From Camelus dromedarius (Eukaryota): a stretch of 64,000 bases of DNA. The DNA lies in the NCBI RefSeq assembly GCF_036321535.1, contig NC_087437.1, positions 73,658,001 to 73,722,000 of the forward strand. The letters run 5' to 3'. Made by a program: the position numbers and the translations under genes. The notes beneath the pieces were generated by a model. It did not search any database. It saw only the letters and a program-made list of their open reading frames with translations, and was not told the origin of the DNA. Shown here piece by piece: positions 37,031-47,875 of this stretch (position 1 is its first letter; each line of letters begins with the position of its first letter).

Positions 37031-39604
37031 CTTTTAAAGAAACTGAGGGGAGGGAAGGAAAGAATATATATATACATATAGTTTTTTTTTTTTTTAATTT
37101 ACCATGGAAGAGAATAAGATAATGTGATTTGCACCAAACCAGAAAAGAGAAAGCAAAGAGCTTCCCAGTGGAGATGAAAAGTCGAGAAAGGATGACCAGG
37201 CATTTTGGTGACGTTTCAATTAGTTTAGTGTGAATAGGACAAAGGTGGTAAGTCAGGAATGATGGGAAGTGAGACGAGAGAGGAGGACATGAGTTAGATA
37301 ATGAAGGACTTTGTGGGATTTTCCTGTCTCCTTCCTCTGGTAAGCTTTTTCATGTAAAGTTTCCATGAAGAGTAGTAACTGTATCGGTTTTGCTCAGTGT
37401 TGTAATGCTAGCAGCTGGCATAGTGCCTGGCACATTGACTGACTGAATGAGTGAAATGGGTGTTCTGAATGAGGCTGCCTCTTCCATTCTGACCTTGTGT
37501 CCATTTCCTTACCATGAATCCATACAGCTTTTTTTCTTTTTCTCACAGTCCCTTCCCCCCATGTCCTTAGTCAAGGACCACATACTTCTGAAGTCTGTGG
37601 TCTCACTGCTCCCACTCCGGTGGGGAGGGGTCTTCCTATGTGGCCAAGCATGCTCTTGGGACTAATGTATGTGGCTACCATTTTTTAGAGCTCCTCTTGG
37701 GATTTGGGATTTGATAACTTTGGAGGTGGGGGGGTGGATAGGATTGATAATGATCGATACTCCCATTTTCCTATAAAGTGGCTAAGCTCAAATGCTCCCT
37801 CCACCTGCCTCTGACTACCCACATGAAAAGACACACACATACACACTTTTATGATTAACTTTTTTTTTAAACTTTGGAAGAGAGAGAGAAACAAAAAGAA
37901 TCTGAGAAGAGTCAGAGAGAGAATAATTTTAAACAAATTTATAAAATTTTTTTTCCAAATTTTTTTTCTAGCGTGGTTAGCTATGACATACAAATTCTAA
38001 AAAACTCTATAAAATCTTGTTCCTGTGCTTGATCAGGCTGCAGTATTTTTCAGGAATGCTAATTATGTGGAGCAGAAGGTCCTGTACTCTGCCAGGGTCT
38101 ACGTTATTATCAGTGACTAGCATTAAAAGTATTCATTTAGATTTGAAAAGTCTCAAGTTAGTTTAAGATATGACTCCCTCCAATCTTGAGAATACCTTGT
38201 TTGAATGGTTTCTGAATTGTTTAATTAATTAAACTATTTATCATTTTTTTTTTGAGATCTTGATTTATATTTTCCTCCTGTCTTTATCCTCAAGATTCCT
38301 AAATAAGTCCTATACAGTTAAAAAAAAAACCAGGTTTGAAGAATGTTATAAAGTCTGGTTTTAGAGTAATGAGGTCCTAGATCATTTAGAAATTAGATAT
38401 CCTCAGCTGGGAATGCAGAACTCGTGTTGCCGTTTTTACCTCCACTATCTGATATATATATAATAAACAGCAAAACTAAAGAAACAGGGAAACACTAAGG
38501 CAATTTCCTTTGAATTGTAAGGTTAAAAAGTAATTGAAAAAATCTAACGAAAAGAATCTGTTCCTTTAAATGCGGTTTATTGCAATTTTAATATTTTATG
38601 GTTGCATTTTAACTTTTATCTCATAAATTAAAGATTAACAGTCGTGCCTAAACTGGAATGTATTTTATCCACTTACAAAAATGCATTGACTAACGCTAAT
38701 TAAATTTGCTTAATCAAGCTTAACAATGCTACATGCTGTTACTCATCAGCAAGTAAGTACCATACACACTCCCCAAAGTGCTCAAGCTAGAACACCACGG
38801 ATTTTTTCTGTTGGGGTATCGAAGGGTTCAGCCATCTGTTATTTACTCTATTTTTTAATAAAAAGTTATTATTCATCTTTATGGCTAATCATTTGCCTTG
38901 AAAACAAAACACATTTTATGATTATTATTACCATTTTAACTCCACCACAGCCAAGGAGACACAAAGGAAAATGGTTTGTACTCAATTATACCACATTAAT
39001 GTCTGCAAATGGTTTAGCTTTGGTGGCAGGAATACATATGTATTATGCAGGTAATACCTAATATCAAATTATACACAGTGACATTTAATCACCTTGCCCT
39101 AATGCCTTCAGCAGAATGAGATTTTCCCCAATAAAATAGGAAAATGTGATCACCCTTAACACCCTGAAGGACAAGACAGTGGCTGTGTCATTCTTTATCG
39201 TGTATTGCTTTTGTTCATAGCTAATCACATTTAAACTGTTTTAACCCAGACCCTGCAGATATACAATAAATCATACTGATAGAGAGACTAAAACCTGTTG
39301 ATGGAATTGCCTTCAAGCTGCACTGAGCATGGAAAGAAAAAAGAAAACATGGATTGAGATAGGTGGGGTCAGCCTCAGGAAGGAGAAAGGTGAACGAAGT
39401 TCTGTATGAAGAGAAATTGTATGTTAAAGACACTTAGTGGGAAACTGCAGTGCAGTGACTCCAATGATAAACTCCAGTATCTTATGTGAAGCAGCTTAAA
39501 ATGTCCAGGGTGACATTTTAAGATGGTACCCAGGAGGGTTCATGACGCTGGCAAAGAGGAACATGGTAACAGAAACTCAAGCATTAGGGGTTAGGAAGAA
39601 AGAA

Positions 39605-39835
39605 AACAACAACGTCCAACATTTACTGAGTGTTAACTGTATAATTTTTAGTGTCTTTTAGGCACTATGTTAGGTGCCTGATAGGTGTCATTTTATCTTT
39701 ACCTTGACCCTCTGAGGTAACTATTTCCATACAGTTTTCTCACATAAGGGCACAGGCTGAGAGGAGTTAAATAACTTCTTTACAGTCACACAGAATTGAG
39801 ATTTATAGCCTGCAAGCCTGAGGCTGGGCTCTTAC
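39605..39835 (-). mobile_element. MIR SINE
   Basis: aacatttactgagtg..ggcactatgttaggtgc..ccctctgaggta..aggctgagaggagttaaataactt..gtcacacag. Confidence 0.75.
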
Positions 39836-40904
39836 TCACTTAATTATTCGAGTGAGCTAACAAGTCATCAGCCAACATTTTCTAAGCTTATTGGAGGGAA
39901 ACAGCACGTTCCATAGAAGATACTTAATGACTGTGCAAAAGTTAAGATTGGTTTAGTAATAAGAACCCTTTAGTAAGTGTAATACAGAGACTATGGCAAA
40001 GATGGAATAACCTGGGCTTCTGAAAATGGACAAATGTTACAATAAGCCTAATCTATCTTGAAAGGCCATGGGTGACTCCCCAGTGACTCCCCAGGTTTAG
40101 GGGTTAGCATTGCAGTTTTAAGGGTAGCATTTGATATCTGGAATGGTCAAAGCCATGTAAGTTGCTCTCGTGTATAAATGCTGCTTAATGAATTTTACTT
40201 CTCTCAGACGATGCTGCAAACAATAAGCACAATGGTGGGGGGAGGAGGGTGGGAGAGAAGAGACCGCCTCCTGTGCTTTTCTTCAGTGTGTTGGCATCAT
40301 AAGACAGATGTCAAAATAACCATTTCCCTGATCTTGAGGAGCTGATAACCAGCTAGGGAGACAGGAAGTGTATGGATTGTAGAATAAAACAAGTGTAGCA
40401 TAAAGATGTCAATTGTCCCCAGATCTTACTCAGGGTAACTTTCAGGTCTTGCTTCACTTTTCAAAAAATCACTATCCTGGTGTTTTAGCTTATTATCAGC
40501 AGGACTTAGAGCATCTCCCGATTCTTAGACAGTTCATTTTGAATTCCTGATGCCAGGAAGGCTGCTTTTAATTAATTATTTTCTTTGTCATTCTGGTCCA
40601 AGTTTTTTCTTTTCCTTCTTTCAGCTTTCTGGGAAACAGGGCTACAGAGTGAGCCATTCTTAGCACAAGAGTGCTCATGTTTAGGAACTTCCCTTGTTCT
40701 GCACTGACCCACAACAATTAAAAGTATTTTGGGTACTGGGTCTCCCTTTTGAGTGGTTGCACATTTAGTGGGTTCTGATATTGGAGAGAACACCCCAGCC
40801 TCTGCCTTCCTCTAGTGGACCAGCTGGAAGCTTCCTCTACTATCCATCTAGGTGAAGTCCTGGAATGGATTTGCGGAAGACTCTTTCTTCCTTTTCAATC
40901 AACC

Positions 40905-41160
40905 TAGCATGATGGCTAAGAGCTTGGGTGTCAGCCTGCCTGGACTTGAATTCAGTTTCCATCATTTCTTGCCTGTGTTATGCTGGGAAATGACCTTTCT
41001 GTGATTTAGTGTCTTGGACCACCAAATAAGGACATTAGTTTCTCCTCCTAGGGTTCCTGTAAGCATTAAAGAGATAATTTATACAAAACAACTAAGAAAA
41101 CTCATATAAACATTCTATAAAAGTGATCTGTCAGAGTTATCATCATCATCATCATCATTA
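40905..41160 (+). mobile_element. MIR SINE ending in (CAT)n
   Basis: tagcatgatggctaagagcttggg..ctgcctggacttgaattc..taggg..gcattaaagagataat. Confidence 0.72.
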
Positions 41161-42810
41161 GATACATTGCTACATTGATATGAGATCTGATAAGTCAAAA
41201 TGTACATAGAACTTAAACTGCAATTCTGAACATTTTATTCTTGGATTCTTCTTGGCATCTACTTAGTACCCTGTGGAGCTAATCCAAGACAACATTTTTC
41301 CCCCCCAAAACTCAGTATTAATTGATGCTGCTTTGGAGGGCATAGTAATGTGCTTCTGTACTTACTTAACGTGGTTCATAGGACATTAATAGTAAGAAAA
41401 AATCTTGACTTTTCTTGCACAGCAAATACAGACCAAATCCAGTTAAGACAGGTAGAAACCTCTAAGGTCTTCCTCTTAAAAGGGTATGTACTAGAATTAA
41501 CAGGGCTTGTTCTAATTAACCAAGCATAGCTAAAAGCATGGGACATGTAAAAATACAGACATTTCCCCCAGAATCCTGACCCTCAGAGAAGCAGCAGTAA
41601 CAGAAGGCAACATTTATGGAAGTGATGTCAGCCAGCCAGCTGTCATTAACACTTATCATATCATCTGGGCATTAACTTTCCTTAGAGCACCTGGAAGTGA
41701 GAAAAATTATTACATAAATATAATTAACAATTATTTTAGAGTGTGTGTATGTTTGTATTTGAACCCCTTGATGTTGTTTAGCACAGATTATAGTTCAAAA
41801 CTCAGACTTCTGAGGCCCTGTGCAACTAAGGTTGACTTAGGTCAAAACTAAGTTGCACAGGATGAGTAACAGTGCAAATAGAATTTTCCCAAGTCCACTT
41901 TTTATCAGATGGTAGCTTTTGTACATGGTCACCTTTCAAGTTACGACAAAAAGGCAGAATGGAGGCTACTGTAAACAGGGGGCTGAGGCCAAAGCAAGGA
42001 CCGCCCAGCTTTGCTTCTCAATCGTGCCCTGGAAACTTCTCACCCGGCTTTCTACCTGAATCCAGGAGGCCTCTGATGCGGTTCCCACATAATTGGTGTG
42101 TCCCTTCTAGCTGATATTTCTTTGATCTTGCTTTTTCTGGCCCTGTGATTGACACTATCTTTACCACATTCCATTGGTATTGAAGGTCTCTTACCCTTGA
42201 TCTGTTGGTATTTGCTCTTTCTACAACCCCAGGACCTTCTGAGTCACCTGCCAGACATTTGTAACATCTCTGCTGACAGTATCCAGCACCAGCCAACATG
42301 GAGCCTGAAGCCAAGGACATTTTTCTTGGTTTTCTATTCATCCATCTCTGTTCGAATTGGTTCTGGGTGAGATACACCTTTTTTTCTTTTTAAGCTGCCC
42401 TGTCCTAAGAAGAAATAGAGATATGAATCTGGAGCACCATAGAGTAATTATTTGAAAGAGATTAAATGAGATGATGCATATAAAACATGTAACACAGAGC
42501 TAGGCACATGGAAAGAGTTCTGCAAAGAGGGCGCAGTAGGCTTTAGAATAGTACACTTGGTTGTTTCTGGCTTTAATGGCATAGTAGGTCTGGAAATGGC
42601 AAATATAAGTGGGAGCTGCTGACTTAGGTTTGTCTCAGCAGGAGAACTGTTGCTTAACTCCTTTTGGAGAGTGTAAGATCATACCATGCAGTCTGCTTTC
42701 TATTTCCCCTTCCTGTGAAGTCAGTTCTTATTTGTTCTTACAGACTTACGTGTGTTTGTTTTTATCTCACTGAAGCCTGACCAAAAAGAAAGTGGAATTG
42801 ACTTGCCTAT

Positions 42811-43163
42811 TGTTACGTAGTAAATGTTTGTATCCACCCCCCCCCCAAATTTATATGTTGAAATCTTAACCCCAATATGATTGTATTAGAACATGGGGCC
42901 TTGGAGTTATGTAATTAGGTCATGAGGGTGGAACCCTCAGGAATGGGATTTAGTGTCTTTATGAAAGAGAAGGGAGAGCTTGTGCGGATACAACCAGAAG
43001 ACAGCCCTCTGCAAACCAGGAAGCAGGACCTCACCAGTCATTAGATCTGCTAGTGCTTGATCTTGGACTTTCTAGTTTCCAGAAGTGTGAGAAACAAATA
43101 TTTGTTTTTTAAGCCAGCCAGTCTGTTGTATTCTGTTATAGCAGCCTGAACTTTATTAAGACA
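42811..43163 (+). mobile_element. Solo LTR, MaLR MLT1A0-like
   Basis: tgtta..tatatgttgaaatcttaacccc..ggtcatgagggtggaaccctc..tcttggactt..gttatagcagcctgaac..taagaca. TSD cctat/tctat (1 mismatch). Confidence 0.9.
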
Positions 43164-43179
43164 TCTATTTTTATTCGGG

Positions 43180-43354
43180 AGCATGCTTCTCAATTTTGAA
43201 TGTGCATGCGAGTCACCCTGGGGTCTTATTAAAATGCAGATTCTGATTCAATACATCACTGGGGGTAGGGTGGGAGTTTCTGCATCTCTGACAAGGTGCC
43301 CTTTTCTAGCCACAAGATGCTGCTAACGTGTGCACCCCGCTCTGAGTAGCAAGG
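43180..43354. mobile_element. hAT-Charlie MITE MER5A1-like
   Basis: gcttctcaattttgaatgtgcat..tcacc..ttaaaatgcagattctgattca..tgagtagcaagg. Confidence 0.8.
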
Positions 43355-45319
43355 TTCTAGAAGATCTTATGCCATTCTAGCATATGAAAAGTGGGGCAAA
43401 TGAAATATAAATATCCCTGCTATGTTGACAAATTAAAACATAGGCAAATGTCTTTGAGTATCTAGTCTACTTCAGGAAGTCAAAGTAGTAGGGTTCAGAG
43501 AGTACTTAAGTATCTCCACACACACAAAAAAAAATAGTGAATACTTTGTCTCTTTGTCTTTAGAGTCAAGTTTGAATACTTTTGAGAAAGGGCTCTGTAA
43601 TATACTCTAAATTCAGATTCTAAAGCCAGATGTCATTTCTTTAAGCATCGTTTTAGTACTTAGATGATGACCAGCATTAATATTATTGTTCATGTTGACT
43701 CTGGGGGAAGAAACACAATGAACTCATTGATGGTGAGCCACTCCTAGTACCACAAGCACAAGTCACACATAAACTCCAGAAGTTAAAACCCTTACTGAAA
43801 TAGAGACTTATAAACTGCTCTTCGCACGTAGTTCTAAGCAGATGAATCTGAGCATACAGGCCTTGTAAAACAAGTAACAGTAATTTCCTGCAGGTTCGCC
43901 ATGGTGTCGTATGCTTTGCCAAGCATTTCCCTCGAAGAATGCTTAATCTTGTGCTTCTGGCCCCTTTCTACTTATCCCATCAAAAATATCTGTGTGCAGT
44001 AGCTGTATTTTGGAACACTAAGTTTGGGAACAACATCTAGTTTTTGCCAACATAAACAACATTTAAATACAATGATTGTTAGCGTTTTCCTCATATGGAG
44101 AATGAGACGTTTTAAAAAGGTTAGACATTGCTCTAAGTGTATTTATTCTAGTCATCCTTGAAATGGAAACTCTGTCAGACCTATCAAATGTTTGAAGTTT
44201 TCTCTGCAGGGAGGAGGGCGAAGTAGTGGACCTCGTCCTTCCTGAGGCCTGACATCCTTTACTTATCTATTTGCCTCTTTCACGGTCACCCTTCTGCCCC
44301 TTTGTACCCCAGGTCAGCAAACAGGCTGTCTGGAACTGCAGTTATTTGGAGATCTGACAGCACAGAAGTAGAAATCTATGACAACCACTTAGCACTGGGG
44401 CTTGATTTTGTGCTTCTGCTGACCACAGCAAGTTTCCTTATGTGACTCTGATGCTAATGCATGTTCAGTACATATAGAAAAGAGACAGGAGTGTGCAAGG
44501 GAATCTGCTAGTGATGCAGAAAAACAGAGAGATGAAGAGGTCAACCATATCATCCCTCTCCTTATCTCAAGGTGAAGCAGGGATGTCTCTGTCAGACAGG
44601 GGAGATCACAGAGAGGGATATATTTGTCTTTTGATCTCGGAGAACAAAACCAACGTTTCTGCTTTCCTGCAGCTTCTGGCACGATAAGGAGAAGAATCTG
44701 TCTGTGTTTTAGGGGGTGGGGTTGAGCCCTGAATAGCTGATGTTCTTTTATTTCTTTTCTTCTAATCAGGAACAGCAACTTCCACTTGGTTTGTCATTTT
44801 CTTGGTTTTGATTAAATTGTTATATATGGTAACGCATGTGAAACTGGGTACTCAATATGTTTCTTGAAGGGGGGTGCATTCCTTCACAATGAATGATTAA
44901 ATTTCGCATCGATTTTTAAAGTGTGTCTTTAGAATTAAGGACAGAGAATAAAAGATTATGACTAGTACAAAGCAGTCTCACTACTTTCCCCCAGATATGA
45001 CCATGATAGCAAACATTCCATAGTATAATAATGCAAGAGGTCACTATCTCTATCTACTTGGCTATGTCTGCCCAAGTCCTTTACTGACAATGATTTTTGA
45101 CTAAGTCTATTCCTATGCATTGAAAGAGTTCTGAGCTTTGGGATGAAAAACTCCATCATTCAGAAGCCTAGAAGAGCAGGTGAATTAGGCAATTTGAGGA
45201 AAGGATAGGAAAATTATTGCTTTTTTCATTCACAAAATGGGAGATAAGAATTTTCCCTCTAAGGGTAATGGAAAACTTAAATTCAATGATCAATAAGACC
45301 AAATAGTGTTCTTTACTCA

Positions 45320-45665
45320 TTCTTTCTTTTATTATTTTGTTTGCTTATTCGTTTATTCACTCCTTCTTCCAAGAGGTATTTATTAAATGCTCTTACTGTG
45401 TCAGATACTATACTAGAGATAAAGAGAAAAATATGGAATAGGCGTTACTAAAGGAGCTCATACTCTGGTAGAGAAGACAGACATTAAGAAATAATTATGC
45501 AATGCAGTATTGTATATATAGTATACAGAGGCAGCTAAAAAGTACATAGGGTTAAAGAACAGAAAATGATGCTTCCTTTGGGTGGGGGGTGGAAGGTCAT
45601 CAAGAAAGACATGACAGAGGCCACGATGTATGATGTGAGTCTTGAAGGATGGGTAAGAATGTGCG
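45320..45665 (-). mobile_element. L2 3' fragment
   Basis: tatttattaaatgct..actgtgtcagatactatactag..aaggagctcatactctgg..gagtcttgaaggatgggtaaga. Confidence 0.7.
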
Positions 45666-46194
45666 TTATAAACTTAAAACCATTCATATCCTGTGAATCA
45701 GCAGTTCTACTTCTTCGATACTTCAGATAAATATCCCAAGGAAATAACCAGGCATCTACATGAATGATATTACAGCAATGTATAAAAACAAAAAAGCAAT
45801 TTTCAACAGTATAGCATTGAGTAAATAAATTATAGTACATCAACTGTTGAATATTAATGTAACTTTTAAAAAATTATTTCGTAGAAGAAAATAGGAGAAA
45901 ATGTTTATTATATTGCTGAGTGAAAAATATAGTTACTTGTAAGTTTGTTCATTTTATTTCCAAGCTTGTGTATATTTGTGTATGTATGTGTGTATACATG
46001 TATGTACCTATCTCTATATATAACCAGAGCATAAGTTTGTGTATATTTGTGGATGTGTATATATATATACATATATACATATATATGTAAGTATATATAT
46101 ATGTAACTAGAGCATAAGGAGTATATGTTCCTTATAAGCACCTTTAGAACAACCTCTGTGGCCCTTTGGAAAGGTGTGCTTCCCTTGATAAGCA

Positions 46195-46652
46195 TGGTAG
46201 TTGGCCTGCAAAGATATCTAGGTCCTAATCTCGGGACTGTGAATGTTACCTTATTTGCAGATATGTTTAAGTAAGGTAACGATCTTGAGATGAGGCAATT
46301 ATCCTGTTTTGAGGGGGATCTAAATGTAATCACAAGGGTCCTTATGAGGGAAAAGAAGAGGGAGGCTTTCCTACAGAAGAGGAGGTGATGAGATGGACGC
46401 AGAGAGAGATTTGACGGTGCTATGCTGTCAGTTTTAAAGGGGCCATGAGCCAAGAAATGCAGCTCTCAAGGCTGGAAAAGGCAAGGAAACAGATTCTCTC
46501 CTAAAGCCTCCAGAAAGAGCAATGTCCTTGCCGACATCTTGACTTTAGCTAAATGAAACTGATTTCATACTTCTGTCCCTTTGGAGCTGTAAGAAAATAA
46601 CTTTGTACTTTTTAAAGCCACTAAATTTGTGGTCATTTAGGGAAATCAATAA
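46195..46652 (+). mobile_element. MaLR LTR, MLT1C/MLT1D-like
   Basis: ctgtgaatgttaccttatttgcagat..gatcttgagatg..ctaaatgtaatcacaagggtcctta..gctggaaaaggcaaggaaacagattctc..aagccactaaatttgtggt. Confidence 0.88.
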
Positions 46653-47602
46653 AATATATAAAATCAGTAAAATTAGATTTTATATTTTCATAATACGTCT
46701 CATTGTCCCATAGTACCCCCAGGCGCTTTGTATAATTCTTCCCAGGATGTTTTTTAGTCTTGAAGGACTAGCCTCCATTCCTCTTTCTCTTCCCTAAGGA
46801 GGGTTCATTTGGACCTTACCTTTTAAGATTCCTTGAAACTTAAAAGTTTATTGAATAAAAAAATATAAAGGAAGGCAGAAAGCAATAAAGCAGAAATGTA
46901 GTTTTGTAAGAATTATATTTAAAATTAAGAGATTGGACTAAATAATCCCTATGGCTTATTCAGGTATATTTTTAAATGTGAAGCCTAGCTGTGGTTTTAT
47001 TCTTTAAATAGTATGTTGTTGAGGATCACTTTAGATAATCTCTAGTTCCAATCTTTCATGCTATTTTTTGAGAGCATTACAATATAAATGACTATATATG
47101 GAGATAGCCTCTGATCAATGGATATCTTGTTTAAAAAACTTTCTTTAACACAATTGTCAGTTTTAAGAGTTAACATCAGGAAACTGTAATGACAGGATCT
47201 TGGACACCACAGATGTTGAGGATATAATTTAGGCAGACTGGTTGGCTGTGTTATATTTTCAGCATTTCCATAATATGATTTAAGTGAGCATGACTTGCAT
47301 TCATCTTTAGCTGTATCACTCCTTTCCTTTGAGATCAAGTGTTTTGCAAAGATAGTCTGTGTTTCACTGGGAATGGGTCTCCATTTCCTTATTTCCACTC
47401 ATACTTCCACTCACCAGAATCATGAACTTTTGTTTTATTTGTGTCCCTGTGGTGGCTTCCATAGTGGTTGCCACAATGTAGGTATTCAATAATTATTCTG
47501 AAGTCAATAAAAATTTTTTATCATTCCACCTTCCTCCCAAAGAAGAATCCTTTTTGTAATCTTAGTTGTGCCCCTTATTTTCTCTAAAAGAATAGCAACC
47601 TG

Positions 47603-47613
47603 ATTTCTTTTTT

Positions 47614-47670
<57 letters not shown>

Positions 47671-47875
47671 GCAGAATATGTATTTGTTGTAGTTTACAAT
47701 GTTGTGTCAATTTCTGGTGTACAGCATAATGCTTCAGTCATACATGAACATACATATATTTGTTTTCAAATTGGAAGTTTGAGATTTGCAGATACTAATA
47801 TATATAAAATAAATAAATAAGTTCATACTGTATAGCACAGGGAACTATATTCAATATCTTGTAGTAACGTGTGGT
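47603..47875 (-). mobile_element. Short young L1 3' end with 5' inversion and (TA)n(GA)n in the tail
   Basis: Minus-strand terminal UTR 47691-~47768 is homologous to 8475-8550 and 26935-27000. Plus-strand UTR ~47768-47875 is a reverse-complement homolog of 8570-8680. TSD gcaacctg(attt) at 47595 / gcaacctg(tttt) at 47876. Confidence 0.88.
47616..47670. repeat. Compound (TA)n(GA)n microsatellite
   Basis: Direct reading; lies within the tail of the 47.6 kb L1. Confidence 0.95.

Noticed and set aside
45908..46453. 181-aa minus-strand ORF
   Set aside because: Spans an MLT1 LTR and TA/CA low-complexity L1 remnant; spurious.
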